Source: a virus. From it: DNA of 64,000 bases. Where the stretch lies: IMG/VR virus record IMGVR_UViG_3300021180_000006, positions 1 to 64,000 of that record. One strand, written 5' to 3'. Positions 20,417 to 29,484 of this stretch are shown here, in pieces. The position numbers were made by a program, and so were the translations under genes. The notes under the pieces were generated by a model. It searched no databases, was not told where the DNA came from, and was given only the letters and a program-made list of their open reading frames with translations. Each line of letters begins with the position of its first letter. Position 1 is the stretch's first letter.

Positions 20417-21118
20417 ATGATCGACGAAACCTGCGGTGCCGCGGCGATCGAGGAACGCGAGCGTATCCGAAAACGCGGCGTGCGCAGCGCGGTCATGATG
20501 GCCCTGAACATCGGCAACTTCTGGCTGCCCAAGAACCCGGTCGAGCGGATCAGCGAACTGGGATGGATTTTGCGCTACACGCTGGATGGCGGTTTTAGCA
20601 CCAAAGCGAGGACACCCATGGACGTGAACAAGCTGGCCGACCAATGGATCGACGCCGTGGTGAAAATGTGTCTGTCCCACGACAAGGCCGACTACGACGC
20701 CGCCGACGCGCAGGCCGACACCTTGCTCAGGCCCATCCTGGCAGCGCCGATCAAACAGGTGCGCGAGTTCTATCACCTGCTGCTGCAAAAGATGCGCGAT
20801 GAAAAGCGCGTGCCGTTTCTGGTCTGGGTCAGCTTCGAGGCATGGGGCGAGTTCGCCGTGAAAGACGCCCCCGATCAGGGCGTGAAGCGCTTGAAAGCCA
20901 AGCTGGCGGCGGACCTTGCCGAGCTGGTGAAGGAGCCGGTGGCCGAGCAGCTGCCCAAGGCGATCGCCCGCGCCCTCAAGTGGCGCGATCCCGAGCAGCT
21001 CAAGGAAGTCAAAGCCGCGGTCGAGGCCGGGGCCAAACCCAAGCTGGTCGGCCGTCAGTCCTGTCTCTATCTGGAATGTCCCGTACCGGGCAAGGAACCG
21101 GTGAGTGTGATGATTTAA
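20417..21118 (+). CDS. hypothetical protein
   Basis: 233 aa coupled ORF. Confidence 0.6.
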   Translation: MIDETCGAAAIEERERIRKRGVRSAVMMALNIGNFWLPKNPVERISELGWILRYTLDGGFSTKARTPMDVNKLADQWIDAVVKMCLSHDKADYDAADAQADTLLRPILAAPIKQVREFYHLLLQKMRDEKRVPFLVWVSFEAWGEFAVKDAPDQGVKRLKAKLAADLAELVKEPVAEQLPKAIARALKWRDPEQLKEVKAAVEAGAKPKLVGRQSCLYLECPVPGKEPVSVMI

Positions 21119-21130
21119 CAGGAGCGTGTC

Positions 21131-21520
21131 ATGAACGATGCGAGATTCCAGGCGTTGATCGAAGCCCTGGAGGCGATGCCGGAAGCGGATTTCGATATGG
21201 AGCGCTGGGATGGCTGCGCCGTGAGCCACTACATCCGGCACAACGCCCACTGCGGACTGACCGTGCAATGGATGCGGGTCGATTTCGGAGACGGCGAGAA
21301 GCGAATGGCCTTGATGTTGTTCGATCCTCTCACCAAGGCGATCGGCTACACCGCCGCGGCCGGGCATTTCGGCCTGAGGCTGGATGAAGCCTTCCGCCTG
21401 CTCAGCCCCACGGAATATCCATCACCGAACAAGTGCGTGGTGATCGGCCGCCTGGTCGCCTTCTACGAAGGACACCGCCGCAAAACCTTCGGCGAGAAGA
21501 TCATGGGCGCCGGACGGTGA
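21131..21520 (+). CDS. hypothetical protein
   Basis: AGGAG RBS, 129 aa. Confidence 0.6.
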   Translation: MNDARFQALIEALEAMPEADFDMERWDGCAVSHYIRHNAHCGLTVQWMRVDFGDGEKRMALMLFDPLTKAIGYTAAAGHFGLRLDEAFRLLSPTEYPSPNKCVVIGRLVAFYEGHRRKTFGEKIMGAGR

Positions 21521-21527
21521 TGTTCAA

Positions 21528-21899
21528 ATGATCCCCACCCTCGACAACATCTGCGCCAAGACCGCGGCGTTCTTCAACGTCGAGGCGGCCGACCTGCGCG
21601 GGCGGCGTAAATTGCAGCACTTCACCGAGCCGCGCGAAGTGGCCTACCTCCTGATGCACCGCTTCGGCCGGCGGACCTGGGGGCAGATCGGGCTGTATAT
21701 GAATCGCGATCATGCAACCTGTCTGCACGGGGCGCGGCGGATGGAGCAATTGATGCAGACCGATCCGACCCTGCGGCAACAGGTGGAAATCCTCGATCGG
21801 GAATTGCGTTTGGAAGCGGAACGACAGGCGGCCCAACCGCGGGCGGTTGGACGCCGACCTGTGTGCGGCCCGGCGCCGGGCGGTCCGGTGCCGGCCTAA
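21528..21899 (+). CDS. DnaA C-terminal (domain IV) HTH protein
   Basis: DLRGRRK...PREVAYLLM...QIGLYMNRDHATCLHGARRM. Confidence 0.85.
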   Translation: MIPTLDNICAKTAAFFNVEAADLRGRRKLQHFTEPREVAYLLMHRFGRRTWGQIGLYMNRDHATCLHGARRMEQLMQTDPTLRQQVEILDRELRLEAERQAAQPRAVGRRPVCGPAPGGPVPA

Positions 21900-21907
21900 A
21901 AAGGCGG

Positions 21908-21956
21908 GTCCCCATCCGCCGATGGAGCCCTTAAAGGCGGATGGGGACTTTTGTTT
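21908..21956 (+). terminator. intrinsic terminator upstream of the second recombinase
   Basis: 13-bp perfect stem GTCCCCATCCGCC/GGCGGATGGGGAC followed by TTTTGTTT. Confidence 0.7.
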
Positions 21957-21963
21957 CGGAGCG

Positions 21964-23069
21964 ATGCAAATGCCCACCGCCTGCACTGAGCAACGTCGAA
22001 GTGTGGTTCAACTGGCGGCGCGGTATCTCCGCTGGGCGGGGAAGACCTACCGCAAGGGGGGCAAGCCCACCAGCCACGTCGGCAACATCCGCTATGCCCT
22101 GCGCGATCTGGACGAGCAGGCCGGCGGGCGGGCGGCCGATGATTACGCGGCGCCGGACCTGGCGTCCCTGCGCGATCGATTGGCGCTTGAGCGTCTGGCC
22201 GTGGCCACCATCAACAAGCGCCTGTCGATCATCCAAACCGCGTTCGCCTGGGGCCGGCAGTATGGCCTGTGCGCTGCGGCGACGGTGGCGGATCTGGCGG
22301 TGGTGACGCCCCTGCGCCCGGGCCGCTCGCCAGCCAAAGACCCGGTGCCGGTCCTCCCGGTCGATCGCCAGGTGGTTGAGGCGACGCAACGTCATCTTCC
22401 GCCGGTGCTGGTCGACCTGATCGAGCTGCTGTGGATTCAGGGCTGCCGGCCGCAGGAAATCTGCAACCTCTGCCCGGCCGAGCTGGAAATCCCCGGCGCC
22501 GAAGCGGGAGCAGGGGGAGCGGGGGAGGTCTGGCTGTATCGGCCCACGCGCTACAAGACCGAGCACCATCAGAAGTCGGGAGGGTCGGCGGGGGGGCGGG
22601 CGGTGCGCTGTCTGGGACCCAAGGCGCAGGCGATCCTGCGGCGCTATCTCAAACCCGATCTGCGGGCAAGTTCGCTGGCCGCCCCTTTTTTTCCCCGCGC
22701 CAGGCGCAAACGCAACGCCTGGCCGAACGCTGGGGCCGGGGCGAGGACGGAGGGAATGGAGCGGCAGCGGCGCAGAGTTGGTTGTCGGAGGAGTTTTACC
22801 AGCGGGCGATCGACGACGCGGTGGCGGATTGGCCGCAGCGTTTCACGACCGCCAGCCTGCGCCAGGCGATTCACCGGGCAGCCGACAAGGCCGGCGTGCC
22901 GCGCTGGAATCCCAACCAGCTCCGCCATGCCAGGGCAACACTATTGCGCAAGCTCAAAGGGATCGAGGCGGCCCGGGTGCAGCTTGGCCACGCCGCGGTC
23001 AAGACCACGGAAATCTACGCCGAGCGCGATCTGGAGGCGGCGATGCGCTTGGCACTGGAGTTTGGATGA
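21964..23069 (+). pseudogene. second tyrosine recombinase, split by a -1 frameshift at T7 (22686-22692)
   Basis: Frame 1 holds TINKRL and GCRPQEI; after the T run the -1 frame holds FSP...WNPNQLRH...LGH...TTEIYAE. Confidence 0.8.
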
Positions 23070-23335
23070 ACGAGCCAGATGACATGAGCGACACTGAGAA
23101 GAAGGCAATCACGCGAGAATTCATCGATCGGGCGATCCGCGCCATCCGCAGCAGCCCGGATGATCTCCGCGCCAAGGGCTTAGCCGTGGCCGTGCACAAC
23201 GATTACCGCGTCGATAACAGGCCGCACACCTTCTGGTTGATGACGGACGATAGTGATGGCGCATTCTTCAAAGGCGAGGGCGAAACCGACGCCGAGGCGC
23301 TGGACCAGATTCGGAAACAGGTTGGGGCGTTGTAA
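23066..23335 (+). CDS. hypothetical protein
   Basis: VAVHNDY...TFWL...KGEGETDAEAL; ATGA-coupled. Confidence 0.6.
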   Translation: MNEPDDMSDTEKKAITREFIDRAIRAIRSSPDDLRAKGLAVAVHNDYRVDNRPHTFWLMTDDSDGAFFKGEGETDAEALDQIRKQVGAL

Positions 23336-23406
23336 GCCATGGGTTCGTTCCGGGCGGGAGAGAAAAGCAATTTTGCTTACGTTGTTGTGAAGATGGAGAA
23401 GTTCCA

Positions 23407-23700
23407 ATGAGCATCAAAACCGCCCCGACAACCTCCGCCGGATTCGCCATCCAGTCGCGTCAGTGCGCCACCTGCATCTACCGCAAGGATTTGCCCTGGG
23501 ACATCAAACGCTTGGAAGGGCAGATCGCCGACCCGAAGATGGCGGGTTTCTTCAAAAGCTATCGCGTCTGTCATCACGCCCGACGACTGACCTGCTGCGC
23601 GGGATTCTGGGCGCGGCACAAAAACGATTTCACTTTGGGACAGCTCGCCCAGCGGCTGGGGCTCGTTCGTTTTGTGAAGGACGAAAGCAGGAGCGCATGA
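23407..23700 (+). CDS. hypothetical Cys/His protein
   Basis: QCATCIY...CHH...CAGF. Confidence 0.6.
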   Translation: MSIKTAPTTSAGFAIQSRQCATCIYRKDLPWDIKRLEGQIADPKMAGFFKSYRVCHHARRLTCCAGFWARHKNDFTLGQLAQRLGLVRFVKDESRSA

Positions 23701-24725
23701 GCACGAATTCATCCATCGAATGGACGCGGGGCGACGACGGGACGCCCGGCTGCACCTGGAACCCGGTGGCGGGCTGCACTCTGAAAAGCCCCGGCTGCAA
23801 GAACTGCTACGCCATGCGGATGGCGGCGCGGCTGGAAGCGATGGGGCAGGAGAAATATGCCGGGCTGACGAAGAAGGTCAACGGGCGTTACGTCTGGACG
23901 GGGAAGATCCACCTCGATGAAGAATCGCTCTCGGCCCCGCTGGGCTGGAAGAAACCCCGCCGCGTGTTCGTCAACTCGATGAGCGATTTGTTTCACCCGG
24001 ACGTGTCGTTCGAGTTCATCGACAAAGTGTTCGCGGTGATGGCGCTTTGCCCACAGCACGCCTTCCAGGTTCTGACGAAACGGCCGGAGCGGATGGCGCA
24101 ATACCTCTCAAACGACAATGTGGGGGCGGCGCGTGATGGCGCGACACGGCGGCGAATCGTCTTGGAGATGCACAGATACAACGCTCCGCCAGCCCCTCAA
24201 GAATGGCGAGAGTGCAGCGCCCGAGTGCATTACGGCCACGGTTGGCCCCTCCCCAACATCTGGCTGGGTTGCTCGACCGAGGACCAAACCCGCGCCGACG
24301 AGCGAATCCCGCACCTGCTCAAATGCCCGGCGGCTGTGCGCTTCCTCTCATGCGAGCCGCTGCTGGGGACGATTGATTTATCGCGATGGTTCTTCACTTC
24401 CAAACCAGCGCCTCCAAGAGAAGCGATTTACGACGACAGGCAGACTTGGGACGAGAGCGGAATTCATTGGGTGATCGTCGGCGGTGAAAGCGGACCCAAC
24501 GCCCGCCCCATGGTCCTGGGCTGGGCCAAAGACATCGTCCGCCAGTGCCAGTCTGCCGGCGTCCCCGTGTTCGTGAAGCAACTCGGCGCCCATCCCGTCA
24601 ATCGCGAGGGCCAGCGCTGCCCGAAGATCAAAGACCGCAAAGGGGCCGATCCCGCAGAATGGCCGGCCGAACTTCGCGTGCGAGAATTTCCCCAGGCCCG
24701 AGCCATGCACGAAGGAGCGCCATGA
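23697..24725 (+). CDS. phage Gp37Gp68 (DUF5131) family protein
   Basis: SIEWT...WNPVAGC...SPGCKNCYA, FVNSMSDLFH, LTKRPER, SCEPLLG, WVIVGGESG, FVKQLG. Confidence 0.92.
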   Translation: MSTNSSIEWTRGDDGTPGCTWNPVAGCTLKSPGCKNCYAMRMAARLEAMGQEKYAGLTKKVNGRYVWTGKIHLDEESLSAPLGWKKPRRVFVNSMSDLFHPDVSFEFIDKVFAVMALCPQHAFQVLTKRPERMAQYLSNDNVGAARDGATRRRIVLEMHRYNAPPAPQEWRECSARVHYGHGWPLPNIWLGCSTEDQTRADERIPHLLKCPAAVRFLSCEPLLGTIDLSRWFFTSKPAPPREAIYDDRQTWDESGIHWVIVGGESGPNARPMVLGWAKDIVRQCQSAGVPVFVKQLGAHPVNREGQRCPKIKDRKGADPAEWPAELRVREFPQARAMHEGAP

Positions 24726-25147
24726 GCGAAGATCGATCGACTTCAGATCAACCGACGCCGGCGCAGGAGACCCCGGCGCTAGAAGCTCCGCCGCCGCCGC
24801 GCGCCATGAAGACCGACGACGAACTCAAAGCGCTGGCCCGCGACATCTATCAGGGCAGAGTCTTCACCAGCAGCCATATCGCCGACCCGCGCGACGTGGG
24901 GTTGGTGTTCATGGTGCTTTCGCTCGGTGCGAAAATCCCGCCCGACACCGCGTTCGTCTACGAATATCTGGACAAGGCCGGCGAGCGCAGCATCAACGGA
25001 TACCCAACGTTCTTTAGCTGCAAGCTGCTGAACCAGGCCGAAACCGAAAAGCTGATCGGCTATTTCAACGCCATCAAAAACGCGGTCGAACAGGCGATAT
25101 CACCTGCGCTGTCGCCTGCGCCATCAGCGCCGATCGAGGGCACATGA
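24722..25147 (+). CDS. hypothetical protein
   Basis: YEYLDKAGERSINGYPTFFS. Confidence 0.6.
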   Translation: MSEDRSTSDQPTPAQETPALEAPPPPRAMKTDDELKALARDIYQGRVFTSSHIADPRDVGLVFMVLSLGAKIPPDTAFVYEYLDKAGERSINGYPTFFSCKLLNQAETEKLIGYFNAIKNAVEQAISPALSPAPSAPIEGT

Positions 25148-25160
25148 AAGGAGAGCAACC

Positions 25161-25493
25161 ATGGGCGGTCAATACCAAGACACGTTGAGCAAAGCGGAGG
25201 CGGCGGGAGACGTTGCCGTCAACGACATCCGGATTCACAAGAGCGGCGATGAGGTCCATCTGCACGATGACCAGGCGGGTTTGAAAGTCGCGGTCCCGGC
25301 GCCGGCGTTCAAAGACCAGCTTGCCAATCTGGACGATCCCGACACGCCCTTCGTCACCTTCAGCGATCCCAAGCTGCACACGACGGCGAAGATCGCCAAG
25401 GACGCCAGCGGCGGCGACGTGACGGTCACGATCGAGAAGACCCGGCCATCGGGCCTGTGGGGCAAGCTGAAAGACTTCGCGGGCAAACTGTGA
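25161..25493 (+). CDS. hypothetical protein
   Basis: AGGAG RBS; EVHLHDD motif. Confidence 0.6.
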   Translation: MGGQYQDTLSKAEAAGDVAVNDIRIHKSGDEVHLHDDQAGLKVAVPAPAFKDQLANLDDPDTPFVTFSDPKLHTTAKIAKDASGGDVTVTIEKTRPSGLWGKLKDFAGKL

Positions 25494-25504
25494 GGAGGTC
25501 GCCC

Positions 25505-25879
25505 ATGGACCAGCGCTATCAGGAGTTCTATTGCCGGCAAGCCGGCGGCGGCTGTGGGGGATACATCCTGCTGCCGGTGACCAACGCGGGCACATACAAA
25601 TTGAAGTTCATCTGCCCCAAGTGCAAACACGTTCACGACCGGGCGGTGTTTAACGGCGAGATCGTCAATCGCACCGTGGCGGACAGCCACACCATCGAGC
25701 TGTTGCCCACGCTCTCCGCCTGGTCGCCCGAGCCGCGGACGCGGAGCATGCGGGCGATGCACCTGCGACGGCTGCGCGCCCACAAACGGGACTGGCTTCA
25801 ACAGGGAGCGACCCTCGCCAGCAAACCGCGGCATTTCCTCGACGAATCGTGGTTCAATACCCAGGGAGTTCAAGCATGA
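25505..25879 (+). CDS. Zn-ribbon hypothetical protein
   Basis: FYC...CGG and CPKCKHVH; GGAGG RBS. Confidence 0.6.
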   Translation: MDQRYQEFYCRQAGGGCGGYILLPVTNAGTYKLKFICPKCKHVHDRAVFNGEIVNRTVADSHTIELLPTLSAWSPEPRTRSMRAMHLRRLRAHKRDWLQQGATLASKPRHFLDESWFNTQGVQA

Positions 25880-26313
25880 GCGCCGCCGTCCCGCGAACCA
25901 GCAGGGGTGTCACCTGTTTCGGCAACGTCGATGTCCCGGTCCCCGAATCGCTCCGCCTGATCGAAGATGGCCAGAAGCGCCAGCGGAAAAAGGGAGACGT
26001 GATCTTCTGCATCCTCACGCCGCACGATGGGGACAAGCGGATCGTCTGGAACCGTTTCCGGCTCGATGAGGTCAACGACGCCCGCCAGATGTTCGACGAT
26101 CTTCTGGCCCAGGGGATGATCGCCCACCGCGTCAAGCGCAACGGCGAACCCAGCGCCGAGGTGCTGTCCAGCTTCGATCCGCTCCTGGAGGAGGTGAGTT
26201 TCCTGGACACGGCCGAGGAGCAGCAAACCTTCCCCGGCAGCCGGCTGGCACGCCGAATCGCCGCCGGTGAGGAAGTGGTTTTCCTGCCCCGCAAACAGAT
26301 TGTGGGAGGATGA
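25876..26313 (+). CDS. hypothetical protein ending in C-terminal Gly-Gly
   Basis: GDKRIVW...EVNDARQMFDDL...FDP...IVGG*. Confidence 0.65.
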   Translation: MSAAVPRTSRGVTCFGNVDVPVPESLRLIEDGQKRQRKKGDVIFCILTPHDGDKRIVWNRFRLDEVNDARQMFDDLLAQGMIAHRVKRNGEPSAEVLSSFDPLLEEVSFLDTAEEQQTFPGSRLARRIAAGEEVVFLPRKQIVGG

Positions 26314-27101
26314 CCATGGCAATCACCATCGATTACGGCGGGATGAGTTGCGGGCAGACGGGTTATGCCGGAGTGTGGGTCGATCTCTGCGATGGGACGA
26401 CCGCCGCTTCCTGTCCGAGCTGGCAGCCGATCGGCACACAGACGCAGATCCTCTACGACAAATACAAGCCGCAGTTCATCAACCCCTACGCCACCAGCAA
26501 CGCGATGACCGTCACGATCGGCGGCAATGAGTGTGAACAATGGCTGCGGCAGAACATGCACCTCTGGTATCGCAACTTTTACACGGGAAACTGGACGCAA
26601 ACATGGACGCAAATCACCGCTCCGCAGAAAACGCCCGGTGAGCGTCTCCGCGAGATCATCCGCGCCCGCCAGGCCCCGCTGCATCTACCCTCGCACCGCA
26701 AGCTGCTTTTGCCCACCGATGACGCCCGCGAACTCCGCGCCCGCGCCAGCTTCCGCAGAATTGTCGGAGAGCACAACTGGCGCAGCTACTGCGCCCGAGG
26801 TTATGTCTCCGTCCGGGGCAAGAGCGGAAGGGTCTATCAGATTTTCGCCGGCCACGATGTCACCCGCGTCTATGAAGGCGGCCGATTGATCGAGCGCTTG
26901 TGCATCGTGCTTTCGGGGCACTACCCGCCGACCGATTCCATCCTCATGCGCTACGTGATGGTGCTGAGCGACGAGGCGGGATTCTGTAAACAGGCCAACC
27001 GCACGGTCTGCCACGGTGAAAATCCCGCCGTCGTCAGCGAACGCGAAGTCAAAAACGATCTCCTCACCGAATGGCAGCGGATCAAAGGACGGGCAGCATG
27101 A
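26310..27101 (+). CDS. hypothetical protein coupled to the GG-terminated gene
   Basis: VRGKSGRVYQI...RLCIV...PPTD...DEAGFCKQAN. Confidence 0.65.
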   Translation: MTMAITIDYGGMSCGQTGYAGVWVDLCDGTTAASCPSWQPIGTQTQILYDKYKPQFINPYATSNAMTVTIGGNECEQWLRQNMHLWYRNFYTGNWTQTWTQITAPQKTPGERLREIIRARQAPLHLPSHRKLLLPTDDARELRARASFRRIVGEHNWRSYCARGYVSVRGKSGRVYQIFAGHDVTRVYEGGRLIERLCIVLSGHYPPTDSILMRYVMVLSDEAGFCKQANRTVCHGENPAVVSEREVKNDLLTEWQRIKGRAA

Positions 27102-27442
27102 TCGAATTCACAGACGGCGAAACCCAAGAACTGAAAAACGCCCAGGAAGGCGCCGATCCCGAGGCCAGGGAACTATTCAGACGGCATTTCGACCGGAGTA
27201 ATTATCTTCAAAAGTTGCGCGATCAAAGGGGGATCAGGATCGCGTGGGATATGTGGTCGGTATTGCGTTGGTGGTCGGTTGGCGTCTATTTGGGACGCCG
27301 GGATTTTGCGGCATGGAGGATTGGCGCAGCCGCCATCGAGGCGAGTTGCAGACGGGCCGGCGTCATCCGGTCCGCCGAAGTCGAAGCCGGAAGATTTGGA
27401 GCGGCCGTGGAATCCGCGGTCGGAGAATGCGGAGAATCAGAC

Positions 27443-27763
27443 ATGAAGAAGATGAAAACGACAACGGTGCGCGGACAGCGAATCGAAGCTGATGACCTGG
27501 TGGTGGGGCTGATCGACCTGCTGCTTAAAACCGAACGGTCGCTGGAATCGGTGAAGAAGGAACTCGACGCGCATCTGGAAATGATCGCGGAACTCCAGCC
27601 GAAACTGAATCCAGACGGCACGATTACGGTCCTCGCCATGCGGGTCGATGGAGATTCCGCAGACGAGCACCGGGTTACATTGATGCCCATTAAACCCCTA
27701 CCTGAAAAGGACAAGAGGCATGAAGAAGATGATGCCCAAGGTGATTTACGCGATGTGGGATAA
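27443..27763 (+). CDS. hypothetical protein
   Basis: GGAG RBS, MKKMKTTT...; coiled-coil segment. Confidence 0.5.
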   Translation: MKKMKTTTVRGQRIEADDLVVGLIDLLLKTERSLESVKKELDAHLEMIAELQPKLNPDGTITVLAMRVDGDSADEHRVTLMPIKPLPEKDKRHEEDDAQGDLRDVG

Positions 27764-27926
27764 TGAAGGAACGCGCGACGAGTTTTTGCATACCTCGGAG
27801 GACGCCTCGGAACTAAACGGAATGGACCAATCCTCGAAGGTCGGCGTGTATGAATTCGTCGGCTTCGCTCAGGTGCAGAACGCGACAACGGTGATTCCGC
27901 CGAAATCCAAGCGGGGAAAGCGCTGA
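27720..27926 (+). CDS. hypothetical protein
   Basis: GAGG RBS, 68 aa. Confidence 0.5.
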   Translation: MKKMMPKVIYAMWDNEGTRDEFLHTSEDASELNGMDQSSKVGVYEFVGFAQVQNATTVIPPKSKRGKR

Positions 27927-28422
27927 ACTTCAATGACCCCCTCCCTCCGCCAAAACCCCGCCCGCCGCAGTGTGGTGTTTTAACGGAGCCAAGCCACCAA
28001 CGGAGCACGAGGCATGACCGACCTGCCAACTCCCATTTCCGAGCGCGGTCCGCCGGGACGCTTCCTCTTTTCTCCGTGGCAGATGGGCCAAACGAGATGG
28101 GCACACTCTTTAATGGCGGCACCGGAGGCCGCGGACCAGGACAATGCAGATCACCAACGACGACAAGCGCGCAGCCTGCGCGTTACCGGACGAACCGACA
28201 AGTCTTTTACCCGATGACTACCTGATCGAACGCGAGCAGTGGATCGCCCGATTGGAGTCCATCCACCGGCTCAAGAGAGGAATCTGGCGACGACTTCGCG
28301 ACCAGCATGTTCCGCTCATGGAGGATTGGCGCAGCCGCCATCGAGGCGAGTTGCAGACGGGCCGGCGTCATCCGGTCCGCAACGCCGCTTTTAACGTCGA
28401 ACCGACCGAAAGGACTTGATCG

Positions 28423-29484
28423 GTGCCACGACGCGCTTCGCCGCAGATCGATTTTCATGCGCTCGATTGGGTCGATGACTCGTTCGAGCTTTGCGGGTTT
28501 CAGTTGCAGATGCGCCTTTTAATGCTCAACCCGGACCGTCCCGGCTACCTGCCGACCCACCGTTGCGCTGACAACGACGAATTCGTGGCCCGAAAATTCG
28601 GGACCGACGTCGCCACGGTCGCAGCCCAGGTTCGCGCACTAAGTCAACGGGGCCTACTGGCGTTCAGCGACACTGGCCTTCTGCACGATCCGCAGATCCT
28701 CGCCCAGTTCATCGGGCAACAGAGGATTGATCGGGATCGAGACGCCGTCGCCGCCCGCGTCCGCCGCCATCGCGAAAACAAAGCGTTACGTAACGCGTTA
28801 CATCCACCGTTACGTAACGCGTTACATGCGGCGCAACGTCCCCCGCCCCCTGGCCCTTTCCCCCCCCCCACTCCCCCCTTACCCCAAACCCCTTCCCCCG
28901 AGGTTGCTGCGCAACCTTGCGTCGGCGTTCCGCCGATCGCGGGAAACGCGCAAACGCCAGCCGCGGAAGGGCAAAAGCCGCAAACCAGATCGCGAGCGGC
29001 GATCGGGGCGATGCACCGCAAACTCGATGGCGAGGTGAGCGAATACCGCACGTTGACCGACCACTGGTGTCTGCGCAAGCGCGAGCGGATTCCCGGTTAT
29101 GTCTTCACCAAACGCGACGGCGCAATTTTTGCGCAGATCTGGGAGCGGATCGGCGGCAAGACGGCGGCGCGGCCGGCGGAAAACCAGATGGCGTTGCCGG
29201 TGGGCAAGCTGCTGATCGACCTGTTCTTCGGCGATTCCATGCTCCGCGGCCACGACATCCGCACTCTCGCGCACGATCTGGATCATTATCTCGAACGGGC
29301 CTCGCGCCCGGATGGAGCGAAGCATGTCCTCAATGCCCGAGCAAAACCGACCGCCGCCCAGCGCGGAGAATACGCCAGCGATGTCCCCATCATCGTCCAC
29401 GGCTATGGAGGTCAACGTGCAGCGTCCGAGCCTCAAGGAAAGACTGCGGCGGCTGATCGCGCAAAAGACCGAGCGACCGCCTGA
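28423..29484 (+). CDS. phage replication initiator (replisome organizer-like)
   Basis: N-terminal wHTH-like region, RVRRHREN...RNALH motif, Pro-rich linker, directly upstream of the DnaC-like gene. Confidence 0.7.
   Translation: MPRRASPQIDFHALDWVDDSFELCGFQLQMRLLMLNPDRPGYLPTHRCADNDEFVARKFGTDVATVAAQVRALSQRGLLAFSDTGLLHDPQILAQFIGQQRIDRDRDAVAARVRRHRENKALRNALHPPLRNALHAAQRPPPPGPFPPPTPPLPQTPSPEVAAQPCVGVPPIAGNAQTPAAEGQKPQTRSRAAIGAMHRKLDGEVSEYRTLTDHWCLRKRERIPGYVFTKRDGAIFAQIWERIGGKTAARPAENQMALPVGKLLIDLFFGDSMLRGHDIRTLAHDLDHYLERASRPDGAKHVLNARAKPTAAQRGEYASDVPIIVHGYGGQRAASEPQGKTAAADRAKDRATA
28784..28827. repeat. iteron-like palindromic repeats CGTTACGTAACGCGTTACAT x2 (putative origin)
   Basis: Copies at 28784-28803 and 28808-28827 inside the initiator gene. 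Confidence 0.65.

Larger units (their letters stand above)
27312..28380 (+). repeat. exact 64-bp direct repeat (27312-27375 and 28317-28380)
   Basis: CATGGAGGATTGGCGCAGCC...CATCCGGTCCGC identical at both sites. Confidence 0.92.

Noticed and set aside
27312-28380. Diversity-generating retroelement TR/VR pair
   Set aside because: The copies are identical with no adenine-specific mismatches, and no reverse transcriptase is present in the window
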